Shown one piece after another: positions 20,405 to 29,404 of a DNA stretch of 40,000 bases. The notes under the pieces are model-generated. The model did no database searches. It saw only the letters and a list, made by a program, of their open reading frames with translations, and had not been told where the DNA came from. The position numbers were made by a program, and so were the translations under genes. Source of the stretch: Synechococcales cyanobacterium C42_A2020_086 (GTDB lineage: Bacteria > Cyanobacteriota > Cyanobacteriia > Elainellales > Elainellaceae). Position 1 is the first letter of the stretch; each line of letters begins with the position of its first letter. The stretch is taken from NCBI GenBank assembly GCA_015272325.1, contig JACYLU010000028.1:259294-299293 (forward strand), given 5' to 3'.

Positions 20405-23400
20405 TCACTCAATAGGACGGATCGTAATTTCAATTGCAGGAGATTGGCTGACTGTCAGGTCAGTCGGATAGACGGTCTGAATGTCAGTAATCATGGGATA
20501 GATCATCCCTAAGTCTGTATCAATGCCAGCATCTGTTAGATAACTGATTGTGGTACAAAGCGAAGAGAGCCGATCGCTGGGTACTCGTAAGTAAATCGCT
20601 TGATATCCTTTCTCTAGAAGATGTCTGATTTGTTCACCTATGGATGTTATGGCTGTGTCATCATTTTCACCCTCTAGCGTCAGTGTCTGGCTAGCATGGG
20701 CCTGGGTTAACCATTCAGTAAGAAGTGGACGATTCAGCAAATTTCGGCTTAGTCCAGGCGCTTCAATGTCTCCACTGCGCTCATCCAGGCAGTTTGGGCA
20801 GCTACATCGACAAGTCATTAACATGCGGCGCTCTATTGCTGATTCAAATGCGCGGCGGACTTCATTTTCTGCTGTACCATACTCAATTCTGTAGAGTTGG
20901 AGGAGGCGAGCCAGTTCTGGGTAAGGAAGTGCTTGGTCTGAGAGGTTTAGAGAACTTGCTACAGTGCGGTAGAGAATTGATTTTGCCTCTGTGAATGAGG
21001 GGTCGCGACCAAACTGCTGAGTGCAGGAGGGCAGAAAGTCTTGGTTAATTTCTCTAAAGATGCGCCAGTTTATTAGACGGTTGCCATCAACTTGTTGAGT
21101 GTAGTCAGGAATAAAGACTCTCAGCAAAGCCTTAAGCTGCTTTTGTTGCACAATAACTTGTAACTGCTTGCGAACTGCTACGAGCAAACCCTCAATGGCT
21201 ATCTGGCGATCGCTAGAACTGCGAGCTTGGATCACAGCATTCACAAGTGCCTCGCAGTGGGCTAACCAATCTTGGGGTTGAGCCAGTAAATATCGAAGGA
21301 ATGCTTCCTCCTGAGCAGTTGGACAACGGGTCATGCGATGCGCCAATGTTGTCCAAAAGCGATCTGGGTTCTTCCGCAAAAGATCTTGGGTTGCACGCAT
21401 GACGCCAATACCACCCATACCAATTTCATACAGCCAGATAGGTTTAATGACTTCATTGCCAAAGTCGATTCGTAATCTAGTCCATGCTGAAACATAGTTC
21501 AATGCTTCAACTCCAGCTATTTCTTGAGCTACCTGCTTTAATGCTACGGTCAAACTATATTGAAAGGTGTCTTGTAGATAGTCTTGGTACAGGGCACCCT
21601 CCGATCTGAACTCCTCGTAAAGATCTAAAAAAATTGATAAGTAGTCATTTGGGCTAGCAACCAATTGCATGACCGCCTCAGTTTTCTTCGGTGATAATTG
21701 ATGAATTTGGTTAACTGATTGAGTGAACTGACGGTTGAATTCGTTGTTACCTGCTACCAGCCAATTTCGTAAACCATCTGGTGTCCCTGCCTGCTCATGG
21801 CACCAGTTATCAGCAAGAGACAAAAGAACATTCACTAAATTTTCAGCGGCAAAATAGCTTTCTCCAGACTCAACAGTCAGGTTAGTGATAAAGGCATGCC
21901 GAACTGCATTATTGCGAAGGGTAGCTTTTGTGGAAGGCGAGAATATAGAGGTTGATAGGGCATCAGGATTGAGGTTGATGCTGATTCCCTCAGTGATAAG
22001 TTGATAGCCTAAGGCACAATTAGTGTTGGCATCTTCATCAGCAGTAAAACCAACAACCTGTCTAATATCCTCTGCTTTAGCTTCATGAAACTTAAGTGTG
22101 TATTGGCTGCCAAGTATGATACGACGAACATCCAGGAGATTCAAATTGTCAGGCTCATCACTGTAGAGCACAATATCCTGGACTAAATTCTGCCCGAGAC
22201 TGTCACAAGCGACTGGTTGATCGGTTGGTTTGAAGGTGTATTTAGACGTAGCAACATCACGGATTGGTCGGATATAAACTGCACTAATAGACTGGGCTGA
22301 GCACGAGTGAGCCAGTTGATACATATCCTGTGGTGCATCCTCAGTTCTACGACACTCTCGAAGTTCACCTGTATCAGGCTTGCAATACCAGAATGACGAA
22401 TTGTAGTCACGACTGAATTGCTGAGGTTCAATTTGAGTAGGGCGATAGAGGGTTAGAAATTTATCACTACGAGGAGTGATGCCAACTAACTTAAGCGCAC
22501 GTTTTGGTAGATTAACCGTGCTAGGGCTGTTCTCAATCCGATCTTTTGATGTGTAGTATCGACTGAGAGGAATCAGCGATTGCCCATCTGGAGTGACAGG
22601 GGGTATCCATGTTGAGCCTTCCCCACCGCGAAAGGTTACATTTCCCGGTATGGTTTCACTGATTGCTAGACTGATGCTTTCCGGATCAAGGCGCTTATCA
22701 AAGCGACGATCGTCAGGGCGATAATCTACACGCACCTCTGGTAAATTGATGTCTGAGAACAAGTTTTCTGGCAAGTGCTGCGTGAGCATCGGACGGGCTT
22801 TAACCGTTTGCTCGTTCTCACGATCAAACTTTGGATGCACAGCCTTCATGAGTCCCTCGAAAAAGATGCTCCAGAGAAACCCATCTGAATCCACATCTCC
22901 CAATACACGTATTAATGTATTGCTATCTGCGATCGCGAACGATTCCTTCAAGTAGTCCTTGAACTTGAGCATCATATTCATATTGACTGTCTGGTTCAGC
23001 AAATACTGATAGCCCTGACGCGATAGCTTTTCTAAATCGAGTTCTATCCCTACAAGGTGTGCTTGATATGTCAACCAGTCAAACAGCGCATAGAAGCCGT
23101 GAATTCTTTGGAGGTAGCGGTTTTGGGCATTAAGAGGAAGTTTTTGGAAGGTCGGGTCTGTCAAGAGATGCTCATTCCGAAACAAAAATAAGTCGGTCGG
23201 CTTATAAGGACTGAGCACAGTAACGACAATCGGTCGGGTGCCCACTTTACGCCCTCCTCTTCCCTTACGTTGAACAAAGCTGGCGATATTTGCGGGGGCA
23301 GTATATTGAATGACGCACATCAGTGCCTCATCATCGTATCCAACCTCTAAAGCACTGGTGGTAATGACAAGGTCATCATCATCTTCAATAACAACAGAGC

Positions 23401-25375
23401 GATCGCTCCCTGATTTACGCTTAATATTCAATGGTTCTTGACGAGCTTTTCCTTTCTGGCTCAGTACCCACCAGCATTCCCCCGCCTGAAAAAGTGGGCA
23501 GTTTGGGTTCGGAGTTTGGGTTCGTTCACAGTTACAGTTGTACTGCGTCGTAGGTCCAAAGAAATTAGGAAAGAGTTGACGATTAAGGGGAGGATAACGA
23601 TAGGCATACAGAGGAACATATCTAATTGGATAGGTATCGTCCGTAGGACGAACTCCCTGTCCCTTCAACTCTTGACGCCTTTCAGCTTGGTAGTCTTTGA
23701 CCTTTTCAGCATCTTGCATCTGATACAGCCAGCGACCAACGATATCTAATGACTGCACAAATCCAAAGGTACGGTAGCGCTTCAAATCACCATCTGTTGC
23801 TGGTTGCGGCATCGTATGCAGCACACACATTGCTGTTTGGATTAAGGATGAAAGAACAGCAGTATCCTCAGTATCTTCAGCGCGAGCGAAGATAAAGCGC
23901 TCTGCCCCAATAATCTGCATCTCATGATCTTGGGGCTTTACCTCTTCAATCCGAACTGGGTCAATGCCGGAAAGTTCCGACAGAAATTGTTTAGGATGGG
24001 CGATCGTGGCACTAAGACCAACAAAGGCAAGGTTGGCTGGTTCCTCGCGATCGCGCTTGCCCATCCGAATTCTTGCCAGTAATCGCCGCAGTAATAGGGC
24101 GACTTGGGTACCAGACGTGGAAGTCTGCAAGTGAATTTCATCCAGCATTACTACAGAGGGAGCACAGAAGGTTGCATTCCCAAACAGGTATTGGTATTCC
24201 GAAGAGATTAACCGTCGATGGAGGGATTCTGTTGTTGCGATGAGAAGGTCAGGTGGTTCCTTCTTCATCACATCACGGGCAAATTTGATAAAGGGGTAGG
24301 CTTTACTGCACTCCGGACACACCAATAGTTCAGGCTGTGTTGGGCGCGAAAGCAACCGTTGAGGCTTCGTATCACAGCTATGCCCCTCTGTGCCGACACA
24401 ATAAGCGAAAGGAGACAAATAGCCCTGATGCTCTTCGCTGAACGTCCAACCTCGTTGCTTAGCTAGTTTTTTCTGCTGAGATTCATCGATCTTTTGAAAG
24501 TCTTTAATTTGGTAAACGGCTGCACCACTTTCCACGCCAATTGTAATGGCGGGGAGGTTATTGGCAACCAGCACCTGGTTCAGGTGATATAGAACCTCAA
24601 TAAAATCGGTGAGTTGATTTTCTGAAAGTGCGACCCGTGGGTAAATACAAATTGCTTTAACTCCGACACGTTGCCGAAGACAGCGCTCCAGCACCATCTT
24701 AGCTAACACCGGAAGGAAGAATGCATAGGTTTTTCCGGCACCTGTGCTGGCTGTGACTACCACTCCTCGTTCGATACTCTGCTGCGGCTCTAGTTCGATC
24801 GCCTGCAAAATGGCCCTCAAAGTACGGCGTTGGAAGCCGCTCATCTGTTGGAGTTTGGTCAGGGTCTGCTCAATCACCGTTAGCAGGAGGTCGGCAGTTT
24901 GTTGCTGTTCTGAATTACCAGCAAGCAATGGCCCCATGCAGGTTCGGACAGGAATGTTACGGCGTGGAACCCGGCGAGAGGCAACGCTAAACTTCACATC
25001 CTCAATCAACCGCTTACTTTTGCTAATCCGATGAGCAGCTTTACCAGGATTGTGGTTGACAATACGTTGGCGAAGTTTAGTCAAAAGTCGGACTGTTTCT
25101 GCAACTCGGCTACGAAAAACCCAGTTTTCTGGCAATTCTTCCTGATCAAACCGAATGATTTGCAAATTAATAGCAAGTTGTTCTAGAGCCTGGGTAATTG
25201 CTGAGGTTCTTGCTTCTGGTGGTAACTGAATATCATCTGAGGGTTGAAAGCTCCGAATGACTTCACTTCCTGTCAAGGTTAAGTCGTAAATGCCATAAGC
25301 AATTTGCTCAGCCTCACGCTGCTCAATAAAGGTCAAGACTTCATCGGCTAGATGCTTGATAGTTTCAGAATTCAC
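20405..25375 (-). CDS. giant superfamily-2 DEAH-type helicase with a C-terminal DUF1998 (MrfA-type) Cys cluster; DrmA/DpdE-like
   Basis: 1656 aa with a GTG start. Walker A is ASTGAGKT (24728-24751), motif II is DEIH (24131-24142) and motif VI is QRKGRGGR. The CRCSCPNC cluster sits at 20789-20812. Two further Cys4 inserts lie inside the helicase core. Confidence 0.8.
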   Translation of the reverse strand: MNSETIKHLADEVLTFIEQREAEQIAYGIYDLTLTGSEVIRSFQPSDDIQLPPEARTSAITQALEQLAINLQIIRFDQEELPENWVFRSRVAETVRLLTKLRQRIVNHNPGKAAHRISKSKRLIEDVKFSVASRRVPRRNIPVRTCMGPLLAGNSEQQQTADLLLTVIEQTLTKLQQMSGFQRRTLRAILQAIELEPQQSIERGVVVTASTGAGKTYAFFLPVLAKMVLERCLRQRVGVKAICIYPRVALSENQLTDFIEVLYHLNQVLVANNLPAITIGVESGAAVYQIKDFQKIDESQQKKLAKQRGWTFSEEHQGYLSPFAYCVGTEGHSCDTKPQRLLSRPTQPELLVCPECSKAYPFIKFARDVMKKEPPDLLIATTESLHRRLISSEYQYLFGNATFCAPSVVMLDEIHLQTSTSGTQVALLLRRLLARIRMGKRDREEPANLAFVGLSATIAHPKQFLSELSGIDPVRIEEVKPQDHEMQIIGAERFIFARAEDTEDTAVLSSLIQTAMCVLHTMPQPATDGDLKRYRTFGFVQSLDIVGRWLYQMQDAEKVKDYQAERRQELKGQGVRPTDDTYPIRYVPLYAYRYPPLNRQLFPNFFGPTTQYNCNCERTQTPNPNCPLFQAGECWWVLSQKGKARQEPLNIKRKSGSDRSVVIEDDDDLVITTSALEVGYDDEALMCVIQYTAPANIASFVQRKGRGGRKVGTRPIVVTVLSPYKPTDLFLFRNEHLLTDPTFQKLPLNAQNRYLQRIHGFYALFDWLTYQAHLVGIELDLEKLSRQGYQYLLNQTVNMNMMLKFKDYLKESFAIADSNTLIRVLGDVDSDGFLWSIFFEGLMKAVHPKFDRENEQTVKARPMLTQHLPENLFSDINLPEVRVDYRPDDRRFDKRLDPESISLAISETIPGNVTFRGGEGSTWIPPVTPDGQSLIPLSRYYTSKDRIENSPSTVNLPKRALKLVGITPRSDKFLTLYRPTQIEPQQFSRDYNSSFWYCKPDTGELRECRRTEDAPQDMYQLAHSCSAQSISAVYIRPIRDVATSKYTFKPTDQPVACDSLGQNLVQDIVLYSDEPDNLNLLDVRRIILGSQYTLKFHEAKAEDIRQVVGFTADEDANTNCALGYQLITEGISINLNPDALSTSIFSPSTKATLRNNAVRHAFITNLTVESGESYFAAENLVNVLLSLADNWCHEQAGTPDGLRNWLVAGNNEFNRQFTQSVNQIHQLSPKKTEAVMQLVASPNDYLSIFLDLYEEFRSEGALYQDYLQDTFQYSLTVALKQVAQEIAGVEALNYVSAWTRLRIDFGNEVIKPIWLYEIGMGGIGVMRATQDLLRKNPDRFWTTLAHRMTRCPTAQEEAFLRYLLAQPQDWLAHCEALVNAVIQARSSSDRQIAIEGLLVAVRKQLQVIVQQKQLKALLRVFIPDYTQQVDGNRLINWRIFREINQDFLPSCTQQFGRDPSFTEAKSILYRTVASSLNLSDQALPYPELARLLQLYRIEYGTAENEVRRAFESAIERRMLMTCRCSCPNCLDERSGDIEAPGLSRNLLNRPLLTEWLTQAHASQTLTLEGENDDTAITSIGEQIRHLLEKGYQAIYLRVPSDRLSSLCTTISYLTDAGIDTDLGMIYPMITDIQTVYPTDLTVSQSPAIEITIRPIE

Positions 25376-25408
25376 AGGTAGAGCCTTTTGAGAAAGAGCA
25401 TTATGAGT

Positions 25409-27205
25409 TCACGCATCACTGACCAACTCAGCATCGTAACCTTCTAGAAAATCTGCAAGTCGCTTGTTTGCGTCAGGAGTGTGAATAGGAATGGGCACAG
25501 CCTCCACACCTGTAGCGTCATAGCTCACTAACAACCAATCTCCTTTCTTAAATTTGAAAGTTTGACGAAACATTTCGTCACCTAAACCAAACGCATCTCG
25601 AATTCGTTCTCGATCGGACTTACGTGGCAACTTAGAAATGAAATAGGTGTGAGGTTGAGCTAGGATACTGGTATTTAGATAAGTAATCCGTTGCGTTGCA
25701 ATTCCAATCCCCAAGCCAAACTTCCGACCTCGACGAGCTAACGTCATAGCAATGTCTGTGGAATTTTTATAGCTACCTGATTCTTGTTGGGGAATAAATT
25801 CATCAGCTTCATCAAATACAAAGCTAACAAGAGGACTAATTAAACCCTGGCTACGGCGCTCTTCATAGGCTGCGTCTCCTAACCAACTGCTGAAATCCCT
25901 AAGTTCATCAGGGTTATGGGCTTGAATGATAAATAAATTCTTCGTTTCTTTTTTGTTAAGTTGTTCAACCATCCAAGAAATGTTAACTCGTGCTTCCTGA
26001 GGAAGAGGGGGATTACGGGAAAAGTCTTTAACAGCAGCAGATAGTTTACTCTGTAAGTTTTCTAAACTCTTCTTACCGTTAGCACCCTTTATGTCCTGGA
26101 TACTCGCAGCAATTTTCTCTAAGGCTCCTTGGGCAACCTCCACTGAGAATTTGGTCTCAATTCCACCTAATTCCTGGATTAAGGGGTCAAGCTTTTTCTC
26201 ATCATCACCAGCAATCTTCCCTGATTTAGATTCCTGCCACAGCTCCAAAATTAACGAACCTAAGCTTTTATCAGCACTAACACGTTGGTAAACTTTAATT
26301 TTGCCATCCGTCAGCAATTGTCGATAAATAGGGGTTAGGGACTTGCTATATTTCCTGAGTGCTTTGGGGAGAAGGGCTGTTTTTGCCATTGCTTCCGCCG
26401 CTGCATCTAGCTTACTTTTGTCACCTGCGAGAAATTGTCCCACTTCTCCAGGAAAAGTTTGGGACCCTAGACCAATAAGGTAGGCTCCTGGATGTTGTAC
26501 AAGCAAATCCAGAACCAACGTTGCATACTCACTCATTAAATCAAAGAAGACAAAATTAGTTGGTTCTTTGCTCTCTTGATAAAGCTTAGAAACTAGCGTA
26601 GATAGCAAATTGGATTTTCCAGCCCCCGTAAAACCAAAAATGCCAAAGTGAACTTGCAACAGTTCATCAGCAAGAGCATAAACTTCAATATTCGGTTCTC
26701 GGATGAGGTTGCCAACTACAATCACGTTATTGTAGTTTGGATCAAGTTCTCTGTTGAGAATTTTACGAGTTAAATCGTTATCAATTGGGTATATATCTGC
26801 TCCTGTCATTGGCAAATTCGATTCTTCTAAAATCTGATTATTTTCGTCTACTTCTAAATTAGTAGGGATGGCGAGAACTCGAATCTGAGTGGTATCTTCT
26901 CGAACTTCATCTTCCTGATCACGCCAATCTGTGAATGCACTTTTAGCAGCTTCCTTAACAAAACCAGGATAGCCACTAGCATTTTCTCCAAGCCCATAGT
27001 GAACAGGCAGTAAGGAAACTACTTCCAGAATGTTGTACCGATAGCCATCACGATTACTGGAAAAGTTAGGGACTGCCAGTAAAGCTCCTTCCCGAATTTT
27101 TTCCATATTTTTGCGAGTGTATTCAAACCAAATTTCGCATTGGTAGCGACTCTGCTCATCTTCCTGGAGACTAATTAATGTGCCTTTGATGTTAGTAATA
27201 AACAT
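25409..27205 (-). CDS. HerA-like (DUF87, FtsK/HerA-clade) ATPase
   Basis: 598 aa with an N-terminal barrel-like domain. Walker A is GIFGFTGAGKSNLLS and Walker B is VSFVFDEADEF, followed by GLGIGIATQR. AAGGA lies 8 nt before the ATG. Confidence 0.75.
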   Translation of the reverse strand: MFITNIKGTLISLQEDEQSRYQCEIWFEYTRKNMEKIREGALLAVPNFSSNRDGYRYNILEVVSLLPVHYGLGENASGYPGFVKEAAKSAFTDWRDQEDEVREDTTQIRVLAIPTNLEVDENNQILEESNLPMTGADIYPIDNDLTRKILNRELDPNYNNVIVVGNLIREPNIEVYALADELLQVHFGIFGFTGAGKSNLLSTLVSKLYQESKEPTNFVFFDLMSEYATLVLDLLVQHPGAYLIGLGSQTFPGEVGQFLAGDKSKLDAAAEAMAKTALLPKALRKYSKSLTPIYRQLLTDGKIKVYQRVSADKSLGSLILELWQESKSGKIAGDDEKKLDPLIQELGGIETKFSVEVAQGALEKIAASIQDIKGANGKKSLENLQSKLSAAVKDFSRNPPLPQEARVNISWMVEQLNKKETKNLFIIQAHNPDELRDFSSWLGDAAYEERRSQGLISPLVSFVFDEADEFIPQQESGSYKNSTDIAMTLARRGRKFGLGIGIATQRITYLNTSILAQPHTYFISKLPRKSDRERIRDAFGLGDEMFRQTFKFKKGDWLLVSYDATGVEAVPIPIHTPDANKRLADFLEGYDAELVSDA

Positions 27206-27214
27206 GGTTAGTCC

Positions 27215-29035
27215 TTATCGCTTGGCGCTGTCACGAATACTGCGGAATGTACGAGCAAGAGGATTTGAGCGGAGCATATAGTCAACACTCCGCATCATGT
27301 CAGCTAAACGGCGACCGACTGTTTTAGCTCCCCAATCAGCTTTATGTAATGGGTCAGGGTAACCAATTACTTCAGCAAAGTGATTGCGACAGAGTTCACT
27401 GAGCAAGTACATTACCAACGACTGTCCAATATTCCCTTCCGTAGCATCGGATCGAAAGTAAGGATTGACCTTACCCAGCGTCGAAGTTTGAATTTTGTCA
27501 GATAAGACAGCAGTTTTATCCCAACGAGGGTAGAGCAGACGTTCGACAAAAATTACATGCCCCATTAAAGGACCAGAAGGCTTATTTTGTAGGAAAAATT
27601 GCCCTAATGATCTTGCTGTTAACCGTTCGGGAGCCAAAATATCTCCCCGCACACCACTTAGAGTTCGAGTATTATTATCTTCCTGCTGCACAAACAGAGT
27701 CATGAAGACACTATCAAACTCTACGGTGGACCAAGGAGCCTCCAGACTCTCGTTAATTACTGGAAGAAGCTCTAAAGCAATTCGATCAGTGGCAGGTAGA
27801 GGACGATTAAACGAATTCAACTCCGGAAAAACGTTAAGTAGACGCATCACACCCAAATAGTTGCGTGAAAAATACGCGGAAGATGAATCCTTCACCAAGC
27901 CAACAAGCAGCACATTCCGTTTCCAACTCTCCTCGATCAGCAATCGCAATCCAACACCGATCAAAAACTTCAGGTCTGTTGGTCCCATCCATCGCTGTTT
28001 ACGGATTTCGTTGTGTTGAATGTCATAAGTTAAGGCTGTTGAATCTTTGGCAACGAAAAGTCTTTCACAAATAGTTTGAAAAACATCCTTGACGTATGCC
28101 CATGATGCATCAATAGTATTTGCTCCAGTCCATTTCAACTTTGTTCCATCTTGTTCGGCTAATCTTCGTTTAGTTAAGTAATCTACTCCAGGTGCTAGCT
28201 GCTCAATTGTAAGCCCTGCTTCATTGGCTAATTGGGCTAAATCAACTTCACCTCCTTGTTGCTGCATTTTGGCAAGCAGACCTGTATATTGCCGAAAACG
28301 TTTAAGAGTGGGTATACCCAAATCCTTATTAAAAGGATGAGCAAGCGCAACCATTACATCGGCTTCTGTAAGCTGACGTGTACCCCAATCGCTTCCAATC
28401 ATTCGTACAACTCCTGGCTGTACCATATTCGAGGCCATGATCGAGGAAATTGATTGGTCGAGAAGAACCATATTTGGGGCATCTGTACGGCTGCTAGAGA
28501 CTGTGTCATAGGCTAAGTACACCTCTGCAAGTTGCATCAGAAGAGTATGGATACCTGCTAAGCTAACCTTTTCAAAATCGCTAACTGCAAATGGATCTCG
28601 ATTCTCCTCAAGTACGTCTTCCAGTTCTGCATAAGGTATAGGAACTTGTGCAACTACCGAAACATCTTGTTCTAGTGACCATTTGTGGTAGCGCAGTGTG
28701 GGAGGAGTACCTTTTAGATCTAAAGAGCCTTTTGCTCCATAAGCTCCGGCATAGAAGAGCAAGAATTGAGAGGTTTCTTCAGCCTGACATGTTCCATCAA
28801 TAGCAACGAAATGAACCTCGTCACGCCCAAAGAAATCTCGAATCTGATCACGAAGGCGAATTAACTTGGGCTGTGAAGAAAACTCTGTCTTCCAGGCTTT
28901 GACAAGATCTTTAAGTTTGCAATCATACAGTTCCTGAACGACATCAACATGTTGTTCATAAAGAGATTCGCTACGATCTTGCCCAAACCGGAGGCTCTCC
29001 TCAAATCCTCGAAAAATATTTGAGAGCTTAGACAC
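27215..29035 (-). CDS. NurA-like nuclease with an inserted middle domain
   Basis: 606 aa with a GTG start. The NurA-type motif series is HFVAIDGT, MQLAEVY, MVLLDQSISS, LVGLVKDSSS and the C-terminal IGYPDPLHKADW. About 100 aa are inserted between motifs. Confidence 0.65.
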   Translation of the reverse strand: MSKLSNIFRGFEESLRFGQDRSESLYEQHVDVVQELYDCKLKDLVKAWKTEFSSQPKLIRLRDQIRDFFGRDEVHFVAIDGTCQAEETSQFLLFYAGAYGAKGSLDLKGTPPTLRYHKWSLEQDVSVVAQVPIPYAELEDVLEENRDPFAVSDFEKVSLAGIHTLLMQLAEVYLAYDTVSSSRTDAPNMVLLDQSISSIMASNMVQPGVVRMIGSDWGTRQLTEADVMVALAHPFNKDLGIPTLKRFRQYTGLLAKMQQQGGEVDLAQLANEAGLTIEQLAPGVDYLTKRRLAEQDGTKLKWTGANTIDASWAYVKDVFQTICERLFVAKDSTALTYDIQHNEIRKQRWMGPTDLKFLIGVGLRLLIEESWKRNVLLVGLVKDSSSAYFSRNYLGVMRLLNVFPELNSFNRPLPATDRIALELLPVINESLEAPWSTVEFDSVFMTLFVQQEDNNTRTLSGVRGDILAPERLTARSLGQFFLQNKPSGPLMGHVIFVERLLYPRWDKTAVLSDKIQTSTLGKVNPYFRSDATEGNIGQSLVMYLLSELCRNHFAEVIGYPDPLHKADWGAKTVGRRLADMMRSVDYMLRSNPLARTFRSIRDSAKR

Positions 29036-29285
29036 GTTGCTCTTCTCCTAAATCCTTAAATTTTTGCCCCATCCTGGCACGAGCTAATTTACGTTGCTCT
29101 AGTAACTCATCAAGGAGACTGGGTCGTTCCTCAGCGTCTGACCAGTCCTTAATAAACCGTTTTAGAGCAACGTTGACCATATCCTGAATGGTGGGAGCAG
29201 CACTTTGATACTGCTGCTCCAGAGGCAGTCTAATTTCGCGTAGTGTTTCATAAAGGTCATCCGGCACACGGACTGTTGATGGCAA
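29028..29285 (-). CDS. ribbon-helix-helix (CopG/Arc-like) DNA-binding protein, first gene of the effector operon
   Basis: 85 aa. STVRVPDDLYETLREI (beta strand plus helix) followed by IQDMVNVALKRFI fits an RHH fold. The start appears to be TTG. The stop overlaps the NurA-like GTG start (GTGTCTAA). Confidence 0.5.
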   Translation of the reverse strand: MPSTVRVPDDLYETLREIRLPLEQQYQSAAPTIQDMVNVALKRFIKDWSDAEERPSLLDELLEQRKLARARMGQKFKDLGEEQRV

Positions 29286-29404
29286 GGGGAAATTACCTGA
29301 GTTAGGGACTTCCGCATTTTATGCGTCTTGACAAAAGGCTTGCTACCATGTATGCATGTATGCAGGCTTAGAAATATCTAAATTCCCATCCAGAGGAAAC
29401 TGAA
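29286..29404. promoter_or_regulatory. divergent control region between the effector operon and the DGQHR gene
   Basis: Contains TTGACA (29328-29333) and the palindrome CGCAT-TTT-ATGCG (29313-29325). A tandem CATGTATG x2 lies at 29347-29362, TATGC occurs three times, and GAGGAA precedes the ATG at 29405. Confidence 0.4.

Noticed and set aside
17660-29285. Calling the helicase-PLD pair a canonical DISARM system
   Set aside because: No DrmB (stand-alone DUF1998), no SNF2 DrmD and no DNA methyltransferase are present. The operon instead contains NurA/HerA-like genes, so it is only DISARM-like in part.
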